A program made the translations under genes and the position numbers. The notes beneath the pieces are model-generated. The model was given only the letters and a program-made list of their open reading frames with translations. It made no database searches and had not been told where the DNA came from. A stretch of DNA of 63,531 bases, counting the filler, from Reticulomyxa filosa (lineage: Eukaryota; Protista; Foraminifera): assembly GCA_000512085.1 (NCBI GenBank). It is 20 parts of 20 records of this genome, joined end to end, with 100 filler letters (N's around TTAATTAATTAA, not from the genome) between each part and the next. Parts side by side here need not be neighbours in the genome. Positions count along the whole stretch, not along the records: positions 7,258 to 11,705 come from ASPP01023931.1; positions 11,806 to 12,926 come from ASPP01019697.1; positions 13,027 to 27,056 come from ASPP01006833.1; 17 more parts are not named here. One strand, written 5' to 3'. Of this stretch, positions 9,591 to 22,289 are shown one piece after another (the stretch's first letter is position 1; every line of letters starts with the position of its first letter).

Positions 9591-11705
9591 CTATATTGGA
9601 AATGGAAATTCATTGTCAACGTACACTTGAACCAATGACTTGAATCTCTTTTGAAGTAGTTTAACTAGTTCATGTTCCATTGCTTTGTTAACTTGTGTTT
9701 CTCGAATATATGGTGGTACCAAATGATAAGGCACGATTAGTGTCCTCAAAGCTTCTTCAATTGGCTTTCCGCAACATTTGCATGAAACCAAGTCTAGTTC
9801 ATTGTAACCAAGAAATTTCTTTGTCCTATCGTCTCCTAAATAGCAATTGCAACAGCGCCATTTTGGTGCTGGATACTCGTATTTTTGTTTATTTGAAGGT
9901 GAGACACTCGGCAATTTTCTAGGATCAAATAGTGCTAATTGATCTACGTCTTCTCTTGGTAACTTGGTGTATGTGTCATGTGTATGTTCATTATTTATTC
10001 CAATTTTATTTTTGTGCAATAATGAAAGCGTGCGTTTGAACAGAAAACACACAAGCAAAATAAACAAATAAATAAACTTTCTCCATCCAAACGGATTTCC
10101 ATTTTTGACAAGGCTCAAAGTGTTTTTCCAATGTGACAGCTAATTCATAATAAAAAGCACATTGTGAATTGCTATTTTTTCGTTCATATCTTTGCACATA
10201 TTCATGACACTTGACACAGAAAAAGTCTTGACTTTCATTCATTGTGGAGGTCGATGAAGTAGAAACAAGAGATGAGCTGTCGGTGATTGTTTGCTCGTGC
10301 AATTTGATAGGCAATTGCAGACAGTCACTAATTTGCAATCGATTTGCTCTGTCGATGAGTTCACTCTCATTGTTAAGGCATGAAATTACCATTTGCAAAG
10401 GTGCCAACAATGGGCCGGCAGGAGGCAAACCGTTGAATAAATACAAATTTAACTCCAAGTACAAATTTTCATCCCACAAATTGGACTTATCTTTTTTTTT
10501 GTCATCATCTTTTTTTTTTCTTTCTCTTGGTTCGTTGTATTTGCTTGAGTAGTAGTAGTTGTTGATGTTGTTGCTGTTGTTGCTGTTGTTGCTGTTGTTA
10601 CTGTTGTTACTGTTGCTGTTGTTTTTGAAGCGTCCGATTTAGAAGGATCGACAACGGGTTTTTCCTCTGCGCATTGTTCGCAAAAGACATAATCTGACAA
10701 ATTGGTCTGTCCACAGCGGGAGCAAACCCAAGGCACATTTTTGGGTTCGTTGGATCCACTTCCTCCACTCGATTGATCAAACTTGGTTTTCTGTTTTTCG
10801 AAAGGGTCTTCTTTCAGCCATCGAACCATTTGAATATGTGTTTCCAAAGACTGTTCATTATTCAACCCAAACAGAGTGGTGTAGTGTGTGCCCGAAAGCA
10901 CCACCCAAATGGGGAAGTACGGATACTCACGGCCATCTCCTTCCTGTTTCATGTTTCATACACACATTTACACTACATGCATATGCACGTTTGTTGTTTT
11001 TTTTTTTTGATTGGGTGACCAAAAAAAAAATATATATGTATAATATATATGTATATGTATATACTTGTCGAAAGCCCGTCTGAGCAGGATCAAGGATTTC
11101 GTATGCTAAAAAACCGATGGGATAGGTTAATTCCGGCAAAGACGTGACAACAGATCGGGCATGCCCACAGCATACCAAATTGACCAAATTTTGACTGCAA
11201 AAGCCAAAAGGCGCAACAATCAATTGTTCGTCTCGGAAGAGGTGATACACTTGCTCGGCATCACAGCGAAGCATTTCATGTTGGACGTCACCGCATCCGT
11301 GCGACACGAGCAACGACAACAGTAAGCGCAAGCAGCATCCTTCCGCAGAGTACCATGTGGTCATGTGCTCGCAAAGAAACGCATACAATTCCTCGTGGAA
11401 ATACGTCAACTTGTCCCGGAACAACGTTTCCGCCGCACACAAGCGTGCGCGAAACTTGTCTGGGATTTTTTCGTTGTCTTCGCGAATGCTATGTTTGTCG
11501 CTCAGCACAAACGCTTTGCTCGCAAAATAAAACACATTTTGGTGGGACGATTGCAAGTTGTTCGAAAACAGCACATCGAAATCGGGAAGACTGCCTTCGG
11601 TTATCAAATTGATTACTTTCGGTTCTTTCGTATTGCTTGTGGTATTTGTCGATGTTTCTGAACTTTCTTCTTTCTTATCCTTTTTTTTTTTTTTTTTTTT
11701 TTTTA
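9591..11705 (-). CDS. MINDY-3/4-like (DUF4205) deubiquitinase with RanBP2-type zinc fingers (multi-exon, 5'-truncated)
   Basis: FGFCSQNLVNLVCCGHA, IGFL, PYFPIWVVLSGTHYTTLF and LYLFNGL match MINDY3/4 blocks. WVCSRCGQTNLSDYVFCEQC is a RanBP2-type ZnF. Introns at about 10944-11064 and 9964-10078, plus a homopolymer frameshift near 10510. Confidence 0.75.
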
Positions 11706-11849
11706 NNNNNNNNNNNNNNNNNNNNNNNNNNNNNNNNNNNNNNNNNNNNTTAATTAATTAANNNNNNNNNNNNNNNNNNNNNNNNNNNNNNNNNNNNNNN
11801 NNNNNATAAAACAATTAAAATATCTGTTAAATATGATTTTGTATGTATA

Positions 11850-12585
11850 CAAAATACAAAGGATTTGGTCAAGCATTTTCAAATATCATCCATTTGTTTT
11901 CTCAAATTGAATATTTGTAAACTAATGTTGAAATAATCAATTGATTATTAATACAACAATACCCACCAAAGAACAAGATGATGTCATTGATACACAAATA
12001 TGGATAATAATTAAATGATGCAATATGATTACAAAAAGTTAGTTTATCTTGATTATATTCAACTGATAATTCTGTATCTTTACAAAACAACATCATTTCA
12101 TAATTTCTTGTCATTTTCTGATTTTAATACAAAGCAGCGATAAAATATATTGTTATAAATTGGTAAATTATGATGTTGAATCAAACACACTAATATTTTT
12201 TTTTTTGATAACAAATAATTATCGATTCCATCAATCACTGCACGCATAATCATCATTATATTTTCCAATAATAATTGGGTGATTGTGATTAATCCATTGA
12301 TTATGATTGTGTAATATATCACTTACATGTTTAAATGCTCCACCAAAAGACAACAAAGTTATTTGATTGCTGTCTTTATTATTGTTATCTATACAGTGTT
12401 CCATGAATTGGACATCATTTGAATAGTGAAAGATAAACTTGTATTCTTATCATACAATCAAAATCTCTTTCATAATAACCACCACAAATGAGGAGACAAA
12501 GTGGAATGAGAAACTCCTTCAAAGTTTGAAAGAAAGCTAAAGTATTAAGATATTGACTTTGTTCAGTTGTAGTTCGCTTAGTCAT
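11850..12585 (-). pseudogene. Degenerate Kelch/beta-propeller family gene
   Basis: LLICGGY...EYKFI..YSNDVQ..HC...NQITLLSFGG and IILFFGGY...VYKYSI, broken by stops and frameshifts. Same family as 47545-47790. Confidence 0.7.
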
Positions 12586-13026
12586 GTTGGTCTTTTACAC
12601 TGCAACAAAAACTTGATTTTAAATAAAAGTTAAACTTGATGTCTTTTTGTTTTTTTTGTAAGAAAAAAAAAAAGTACAGATAGATCTACTTGCTACTTGC
12701 AAGAACTAGTCAATGAATATTTTATCATATCATTTACTCTTTTTTTTTCAATAAATAAATATACACACACATATATACACTTTATTTCGCTTTAAATCAA
12801 AACTCTACAATCACAGATCTCATTCAAACAAAAATTAGAGTATTCTGTTTTTCCTTTTTGATTGTGGAATCTATTATTTTCACTTTTTTGTAGTTTTTTG
12901 TATCTCAAAAAGGTATATTTTTTTAANNNNNNNNNNNNNNNNNNNNNNNNNNNNNNNNNNNNNNNNNNNNTTAATTAATTAANNNNNNNNNNNNNNNNNN
13001 NNNNNNNNNNNNNNNNNNNNNNNNNN

Positions 13027-14470
13027 TGGAATATCAATAGACTACTTGTCATATATTTGCTTGCATATTGGTATTCGCATGTTAATTTCATCTCTTGATC
13101 TGTTTCCAATCCTCATATGCATCAACGTCGGGTTAATTGATTGCAATAGGATTTTAATTGCTGGAATGTTAATCAAGTCTTATCAATGATATTTCATCAT
13201 TGTTTTTCTTTCACACGTTTTCAAATTTGATTTCATCGATCTTTCTTCGTTTTGTTGCATGCTTGAGCTGTAATACAACTTGAAACATCGAAGATTGACG
13301 CTTTGCTTTCTTCTCAATGTCATCAATTAGATCACTATCTGATTTCTTTCGTTTTATAGCTGCTCTTCTTGTGCCATTTGTGTCAACGTTCATATCATTA
13401 TTCAACGTCATTTTGAATCCAATTCCATTTCCAACTCCATATCCATATCATCTCCAATGCCACCATGCATGCTTGCATTTAATAGTTCACTAGTGCCAGA
13501 TATTTTCGGAAGTGTAGTTAACATTTGTGTCTTACCGTTATATTGGATTCTTGATCCAATTTCAAGTAGGGTTTTTTGTCCCAACATATCTTGCAGTATA
13601 TCTGATTGGTGTAAAAACACCTTGCCTCGGCCGTCCGATCGCCTTCATAAGCATTGTTATCAGCTAGTGGATTTCGGTTTTGCCCGAGGTTTACTCGACC
13701 CTCGGAGTTCTGCCAAACAGAAAAAACCTGGTATTTTCCAATTTATCAAATGCGTCTAACACTTTTAAGGCAAACAAAGTTTGACATAGTCTTCGTCAAT
13801 GCTTGCCGAATATTTCACATTTTGCTTCATTAAATCAAATGTTGATCACTTTTCATTTAAATGTTCTTTGCACATCTTCTGCTTTTGTGAATGTTACTTC
13901 AACTACGTTGCAATTGGTGGACAAACCAGATATCAGTATATTGCCAATGAAACAATTCATCATTGTGTTTCCTTTTGGGTACTAGAACGAGATGCCTTTT
14001 AAATTGAAAGACATGCGTTTGTGCAAGTAGAAAGTGCAAAAGCATTGCGAGTTTATGATGAAGCGATATAGTATTCCAACACTCGACAAGCCAAAATCTG
14101 ATGATTGGAGTTCTGTTTGTTATTGTGCTAATAGTTGGTTCTCATTTAAGTACTACATCCAATAATTTACTAACTCCACATAACAATGAGATTGTTCTGT
14201 AATTCTTCAAATAAAGTGATCCACTTGGTTTTAGTATAGTTACAATAATTGCTCTTTTCCATAATCTTGTAGCATATAAAATCTTGAAACTCCAATTAAA
14301 TAATAACACCAATGAATCAATCAGTGTTTGCCACTATTTTTGATCATTTGGCCTTATTGATGAAATATATCCCAAAGCTTCAATAGCTTTTTCTTCATTG
14401 ATGTCCACTTAATGATATTCATCCCATAATGGATAACAGTTAATTTCTTCATCTCTTTTCGTATCAGTCA
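13027..14470 (-). pseudogene. Decayed coding sequence of unknown family
   Basis: Consecutive coding-like fragments (13211-13411, 13408-13620) on one strand, interrupted by frameshifts and stops. No motif recognised. Confidence 0.3.
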
Positions 14471-15357
14471 ATGGATAAGATAGTCTAATTTGATTATTAC
14501 AAAAATGGGAAACTATTAAACATTTAATGATAAATTTTTTAATTATCAACAACGAAAATTTAATATCAAATATAACTTTCTCTTTAGTTGTTAAAATTGT
14601 GCTTGTTTGTCAAGCATTATTATAATTTGAAAGCTTGAAATCTTTAAAATGATAAATTGTGTCATTCACTTTCAACAAGTAATTGAAAAACTTTTCAAAA
14701 GATGATTAAATAACTCTATATCTCGAAGATCGCAAGAAAAACACTAACAGTCGTGTGTTTTCATGAATTTTACGAGATGTTCTCATCATCTTTTTTTTAA
14801 ATTTTATAAAAAGTGTGATTTATGTGCCTAAATATATAATTATATTTCAAAATTGATTAAATAATTGATTATGTAGAAAAAATGTTTGGGTCAAGGAGAT
14901 TCCATTCACATATTTCTTTTTTTCTATTTAGCACAATTAATCATCTAAGTAAAAAAAGTGAATATATGACTTTGTTATCCTGCATGCATTACACTTCTTT
15001 TTTAAAAACTTAGTTTTACTAAAAGATTTTGCGTGCCGAATAATGACAATTTGAAATATGTAATTATTCAATTGACTAATGCCGTCAAAAACTAAAGAAT
15101 CGTTCTAACAGAAAAAAGTGACATTGACTTTTTCAAAAGTGTACTTTTTTGATGAATTAAGTGTGAGAGCCAGATCGAAAAAGACTATTGTCCATCAAAA
15201 AAAATTTTTCAATAAAGCCAAAAAAATCAAAGAAAAAAAAAGCTAGAGCGCCCATGAAAAAAATTTCCAATGAGATTTTTATTAACGTGTTTTTAATAAG
15301 ATGTATGAAAACCACGTGTAATTGGAAAAATTGAAAATAAAAAAAAAAGAGATAATT

Positions 15358-16756
15358 TCAACAGCAGCCTTTGGATTTAGATAGTTCGGTATTGAGATCG
15401 ACGGATCCAAGATGACCGCCTTGGACATGGCCGCCTTCGAGAGGGAGACATTTTGCCATCAAAAGAAACAACTCATGGATATTTTCACCAGTTTTGGCGG
15501 ATGCCTCAACAAACAACAAATTTTCTTCTTTGGCATAACTATATACTTCGTCAAAGTTGACTTCACGTTGGTCTTTCAAATCACATTTATTACCAACCAG
15601 AGCAATCAGTATTTGATGTGCAGTGGCATTTTCGCGAATGCGAGATACCTCTAGCCTGGCGCGTTCAAACGTGGAGTAGTCGGTTACATCGTATACTACC
15701 TGCAAAGGAAAATGTGTTCATTAAAGTCATTGCATCATTCATTCTATCATAGTTCTTTTGTATTTGCAATTTTCCATTAAAAAAAGGGGCAAATAAAAAA
15801 AAAGTGGAGTTTACAATCCCAGCATGGGAATCCCTGTAATACAATGGAGCCAAGTTACTGTACCGTTCTTGACCTGCAGTGTCCCTATTGCAAAAACATC
15901 GCATTGTAATTTGTTTGTGTGTTTCAATAAGATAACGTATTTGCTTGGAAATAATGTGTACAGACGTTTGTTGTGGTCACATTACCAAATGTCCAGCTCG
16001 AATGTGAAATAGTCGACATGCAACGTATATGTCAAAAAAGAGCTCCCCAACGTGGCTTGCATATTCGCGTCAAATGTGTTTCTTACCAAGCGGATTGCGA
16101 TGCACGATTTCCCTACACTCTGTGCCCCCGCCATCACTATTTTTTTGTGATACTGCAATGGGATCTTCGCACGTTTGCCATTCACAATTTTTGACATTGT
16201 CGCCAAATAGTTCTTTTTTTTGTTTTGTTTTATTATTTCAAAAAACGGAGAGAAGGAACAGACATTGATACATGTATGTGGATGTGATTCTTTTTTCTGT
16301 TCTCTCATTCTCTCTCTCTTTTCTCTACTTTCGTACAAATTTTGGATCGAGAACAGGCATATGGATTTTCGATTGCTTGGAACTGTCGTTGGAAAAAGCG
16401 TCATCTTCGTGTGGTTCAATCGTTTTTGATTCCTTGCCATTTTGCAGGGTACTGTTGACTTGATCACCCTTCGCATTGACAGAGTCCATATTTTGTCCTT
16501 CGTGCTTTAACACTGTTCCATTTTTCTTCGCTTGTAGTTCTTGCAATGCGTTTTTCAATTTACTCCTTGTCGCCATTGACATTGTCATTTGCTCAAATAA
16601 CCTTTCTTCTTGTTCTGGACTTAAGTTTGACAACGCTTCTAGTGTCAAAGAGGATTCCAATTGAGACACAATGGCCCCCAAATCATTTTCTATTAACCAG
16701 GATTTCAGATCTTCGCATGTTTCGTTTGCTACTGTTTCTTGTTGGTCTTGAGACAT
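15358..16756 (-). CDS. Rab5-like small GTPase with an N-terminal SAM domain (4 exons)
   Basis: G-motifs GAQSVGKS, T(LG), WDTAGQERY, NKCD and SAKTG, with a C-terminal CC. GT-AG introns at 16213-16336, 15885-15985 and 15700-15814 all splice in frame. Exon 1 encodes a SAM-like EDLKSWL...L..L...R.KLKNALQEL. Confidence 0.85.
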
Positions 16757-16946
16757 GATATATTTTAAAAAAATTTTTAAGTCTTTAGGGTTTCTTCAAC
16801 CCGTTGAAAAACTTTCCAAGTTTTCTACTTCTTTAGTAAAAAGTAAGTAAAATTAAACCGGTTTTCTATGCAATTCGTTTTGGAGAACCAAAGGGGGGAT
16901 GAACAAAAAAATTTGAACAGCATCAGGATAATTTGTGGAAAAAAGT

Positions 16947-19617
16947 ATGGATTCATTAGTCTTGAATTGTCAAGTAGTTCTTCCTCCAAAACCTCCGTTG
17001 GAACATTTTTTGGACACTTTGCCAGCTCCTTTTCGCGAAGAGTATCCCTCAATTCGTGGGCCGTTAGGAAAAAAGTTTATCTTTCTTCAATTTTTGAAGA
17101 ATTTCCACCCATTGCAAGTAAAAAATTTCTCGCCATCACAACACTCTCGATCAAAGTTGCATCAAAAATCGAATTTATCAAAGCACATTCATAAATCATC
17201 TCCGCCACTGAAATCGCAAGGTATGTATATGTCCCTCAGTCACTTGCACATATTTTATTTATTATTTGCACATGTAAAAAAAAAAGGGACAAGCGTCCTT
17301 GACTCAGTCGTTTCAGTATTTACGAAGCCGTTTTTATCGAAAAGCGAAGATACAGGTCCGCAAGATGCCATAATGATGTCGCCATTGTCGACGATGACAG
17401 ACAGCATGATGCGAAGCAGCAGCAATCAGCGCACGTCGTCTGAAGAAGAGCGTAGCGGAGAAGAGAAGGAAGAGGAGATAGAATCAAGCCAAGTGTCAAC
17501 ATACCAACAGATGATCAAGGAATTTGAAAATGGGATTTTTATGTTTGTACGATCAATCCGCTATTTTGACAAGCAGACGTATTTATATTTGAAATGTAAC
17601 ACACAACGTAACCAATGGTAAACAAACAAACAAACAAACAAAAAAATAGGGACATCCTTCTTTTAACAAAAAAAAATAAATTGATAATATCAACTCAGGT
17701 ATTACAGTTACGATGATCCATTCGAATTGGGGCCCAACGGCGCAGAGCCATGGATACCTTGTTCGATGGGTGTTCCGGAGATATGGAAAAGCTCAGTCAG
17801 TCTGTATGATCAATGGCTGTTGCAGCGCCTCGGAAAGGAACGAGAACACAAGTCCGACAGTGACGAAGAGGAGGAAAAAAAGGCGGATGAGCAACAGCTT
17901 CGTCATCCGACCATTCACAATGGTGGGTCTTTTTTTGAAGTTCGAATTCATTCGTTTCTTTATGGCCAGTCATGGCATGACGACAAAGATCACTTGGATG
18001 ATGGCATCCACTTTTTCGATGCCCACGATCATTTGTCCTTGTGGAATCAAGCCGTTTCTGCTACGCGATCCATTGAAACCAACACGCATCAAATTGTGCT
18101 TTCGCAAAATTGCCATGTAAAACAAATACATTATACATATACAAACGTGCATATGTGTATATGTGCATATGTGCATGTGCATAGTTAATGTATTGCTGAC
18201 AATCATACAAAAGACAACAACTAAATAATACTTGTGTGGGAAAAAATAAAAGGTGAAAGATGCAATAGAAAAATTACAAGACAGCTTGAAGTTCAAAGAA
18301 CACAAATATGATCGTTTTTGGACATTGCAACTGGTGCACAATGGCGAAGAATTAAAGCTCATGGACACAATAGCAATGAAATCAAATGACATTGTGATTG
18401 CATTTGTAATTGTTAAGTTTTGTTTTGTGTTGCAATTGAAATTGAGCTCATTTATTAAAAAAGAGGAGACAATGGATCATTTGTGTCGACATAGTCAAAA
18501 GCACAATGGTCAAATGATTTGGAACAACACATTCCTTGGAATTTCCATTCGTTGGAATTATTGACAAATGTGTCCTCGAACCAATATGCGATATCGACGA
18601 AGATCTTAAGCAATGATTATTTCCGTGAAATGCTGTTCAGTATTGCATTGAAAGAGGAAATCCAACACGTGAAAGAGTGTTTGCCTTTGAAGTCCAATCA
18701 GCATATTATCGACGCGCTGATTCGAAATGATTTGAACATTCAAAGGACTGTCAATGCCTTAATGGACCTGGAAAACAATCCTTCATTGCTACTCATCGAG
18801 CATTCTTCCAAACTGACGCAGCAACAATTGCAAAAAATGTTGAAGCATCCGCACATCCTTAGAGCATTATCTCAATTCATTGGTCGCCAAAGTGTTCCAA
18901 GTGTCATTCAAAAAAGGATTGAAGAAAAGATGAAAGCTGATGCAAAAATCGGACAATCATTATCACTATTTCCTTCTTCTTCCAAACAAGGCAATCGTTT
19001 TCAACAAGGACAATCAACCAATATCAATACCAATACCAATACCAGTGATGATAACAATGATATCCACAGATCCGATGACAAGACTGACAATGACTCCAAT
19101 CCATTCTCCCAGTCTAGCAGACAGTCACATCCTCTCACAAAAAATACTGTGTCAAAGAAGGAACTAAAGCTACTTGCGCTCTGCGAAAAACTTTTGGAAA
19201 TACGTCCACAGGACCGAAGCTATTCCAGAAACGGCAATGAAGAAGATCGAAAAAAACAACTCGAGGATATGAAAAATTATATCCTTCGATGTTTGGATTT
19301 TATGCTGACACCGATTCCTTGCAAGACATTTGCGAAATTCTGGCGGCACAAATTGCTAGTAGTGATTTTCACACCAACTGGAACGAGTTTCAAGTTCCAG
19401 AGCTTTGATTTTTTTTTTTTGCCTTTGTTTTTTTGATTTGGTTAGGTGTGACTTAAAGTTGTATTTTTTCCTTTGTTCGTGGTTTCTCACTTTGTATCAG
19501 CATGTATTACCCTATCCCTCTGCTACTGAAGATTTGAACTTGACACATTTGCTATTTTACCTATTTTACTCCTTACGGCTAGAAAAAGCAATTTGTGACT
19601 TTTTTTCAATGAATTAA
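16947..19617 (+). CDS. Hypothetical multi-exon protein with putative ubiquitin-like and CUE/UBA-like segments
   Basis: Chain of + strand ORFs separated by AT-rich GT..AG gaps. VKDAIEKLQ...LQLVHNGEELKLMDTI is UBL-like; EIQHVKECLP...IIDALIRNDLNIQRTVNALM is CUE-like. Confidence 0.5.
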
Positions 19618-19768
19618 ATTTTGTCAATCCTTTCGACAAATTGCAAAATCTTTTCCCGAGCAGTTGTTCTTGTGTCTAAAAAAGAGTGCACAATTGCAAC
19701 AGTTTTTTGCTGTCGTTGGGGAGGGAGCATTTTGTTCTAGATGAAACGATATTAGACATACTTCAAAT

Positions 19769-22063
19769 ATGGAAGATTTGGAAAAATTAAGTCGACAAGA
19801 GTTGGTAGAAAAGTTTTTGAAAGAAAGAGAGCGTCTCACAAATTGTCAAACAGAATTGGCAAACGCGCAAATCAAGATAATCCAGCTTGAAGGAAATTTG
19901 CGAACAGTGCGTCGAGAATGGAAAGCACTGTCCAAGAATTACAAACAGTCGGGTTCATTTTCCCCAAACATTGCAATCAACAATGTAACCAGCAATGACA
20001 ATGAAACGACACCACCAACTTCGAATGTGTAAAATTTGTTTTTTTTTTTTGTCGTAATAGTCTATTACTTAAATAAGAAAAAAGAATTCCTCCCTTCTGG
20101 TAATACATTAATTTTTTGTTCGAAACGGAAAATAGATGACAGACTCACTGTACTGTCGAGTATCGGAACAATTGGAGGTGATATCCGAACATGAGAGTTC
20201 AAGCACAAATATTTACAATCGACCGTTACAACGACTGTCCCTCCCGCTTATTTCAGAAACACCTGCTCCAACACCAACCATCACTCCATCGAGTAGTGTC
20301 CCTAATTCAGACGGACTAAGTCCGGACATGTGCACAGATCGCTCGAATTCAACGTTACGTTACTTTTTTGACACAAGCAGTCTGCTCGTACCAGTAACAA
20401 CTTTACAAAAAGAAGTGAGTTCAGCGTATAAGCATAAAGACGGCCGTAGTCACAATAATAACATTGATAATAATAACATTGATAATAATTATAATAACAA
20501 CTTAAATCCAAATTTGAATTTGAACGAAAATCAAGACGGTAATGACGAAGAGATAACGAACAATGACATAGCAATACATACTCCTTTTAACACACCGCTA
20601 TGCTCAGCGCCAAGCATGCAAAGCAGTTGCAGTGTGGCGAGTGACAGCAATGTGGCGTCGAGTGACTTCGAGGAGTACGACCAGTCGAAGAGCTGTCCAC
20701 CGTCGTACAGTCGTTGCTTCACGCCGATCAACTCGAATCTCGTCAAGTGTGTTTTGTTGCGTTGTTGTTTTCTCTTTCTCATTTTCTATTTGTCTGTCAT
20801 GTCGAAAACATAAAGAGAAAACGTTTTAAATGACGACAAGACTGACGAAAGCAGCAAGCGATATTCGAGGACCACGGCCGATGACTCTCAAGAAGACGCG
20901 TCCATGTCAGCGCAAGAAAGAGCAGAGGCCGAAGAAATAGACTCACAAATGTCGCTCACAAAGAGGACCATCTCACAGAATGAGATATCAGACAAAGAGA
21001 AAGAGAAAGAGAAAGAGAAAGGGAGACGTGGAACTATCGATTGCTCAAGTGTGTCTATTGTCTAAGGAAAAATATTCTTTAACCACACGTTAGGTAGTTA
21101 GAACTTGGAAAAAAGAAAAGATAGTACATTGACGTTTTGATTCATTGTGTACCTTTATTTACTCATTTTTTGGTGTATGATTTGTGCAGTGCAATGTGAA
21201 TACTTGACATCGATTGTAAAGAAAGGCTCATCGCTATATTGGGAACGTTGGAACGAAATGGTGATTCGGCCGACAATCGTGTATCAACAAGGATCCGATG
21301 ACTGTGTCGTGTTTGCACAACAGCAGGACGAACAGGTATTTGAAAGTCGCACGTTGGTCCCCACATCGCGGTTGGCTTTGGAATTACTGAGTGTCAAGAG
21401 ATTGACGAACACAAAGTACTTTACGCACGATTACTCTTTGCTTTGCTGTGAGTTTGAAAAGGTATTGCTGGCGACTCAATTATTTCAAAGGCATGCCAGT
21501 CAAAGACTATACAACAATCCACATCCACCTCAAAGCCATTGCTCCTCGGTCAACGTGTTCGCTCCCTATTGTGTCTATCTCGTCCTCTTGCCTAATATCA
21601 TCAGTCACGACAAACCCATTTGGAACGCTTTTGTCAATGGAGGATATGAAGCTTGCTTCGATGATATCTATCGCCATATTCGCTCTGCAAGAACCTTCTT
21701 GCACTTATTCCAAGCCCACAAGTTTTTTGTTTTTTTTCTTTAACTTTTTAAATTATAATTAAACTCTTTTCTTTTTTTTCCCAAATGAATAAAAGATTCG
21801 AACACAAATCAATTGACAAGGACTTCACTACCGCGAGCAAGTGCTATTCGAACAGCTCTTGCACGCCGCTTGATTTGGCGCTGGCCAATCTCTGGCTTGA
21901 ATTTGGACCCCAATGGGTTCACTTTTGCTTCGTTTTATTGTGCTCTTGTGAAAACAATCACAATTTGAAAGCGTCTGTCATTCAGTGGCAACAGATGCTA
22001 TCGTCCAATTTAGGCTTTGATGTAGAGATTTGCTGTGAAGAATTTCTTTCGCCGTCTCACTAG
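19769..22063 (+). CDS. Hypothetical multi-exon protein with an N-terminal coiled coil and Ser/Asn-rich region
   Basis: ORFs at 19769, 20136, 21147 and 21785 are linked by intron-like AT-rich gaps. Heptad-like N-terminus. Confidence 0.5.
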
Positions 22064-22289
22064 ATTTCCGCCTATCTGCTTCTTTCTCATCTTCTTTTCC
22101 TTGCAACAATACAATCCATTACAAAATTTATTATTTTGTTTTGTAACCAGTATTTTTTTCCTGTGACAAATGTTTCGATTTTTTTTTTGTCGAATTTCAT
22201 TACCTCCTTCAAGTCTTTTAGTTTTTTAAAAATTTGACTTTGTTTTTTGATCATTGTTTCACTATGTTATCATTCAAAAAACATAAGAA

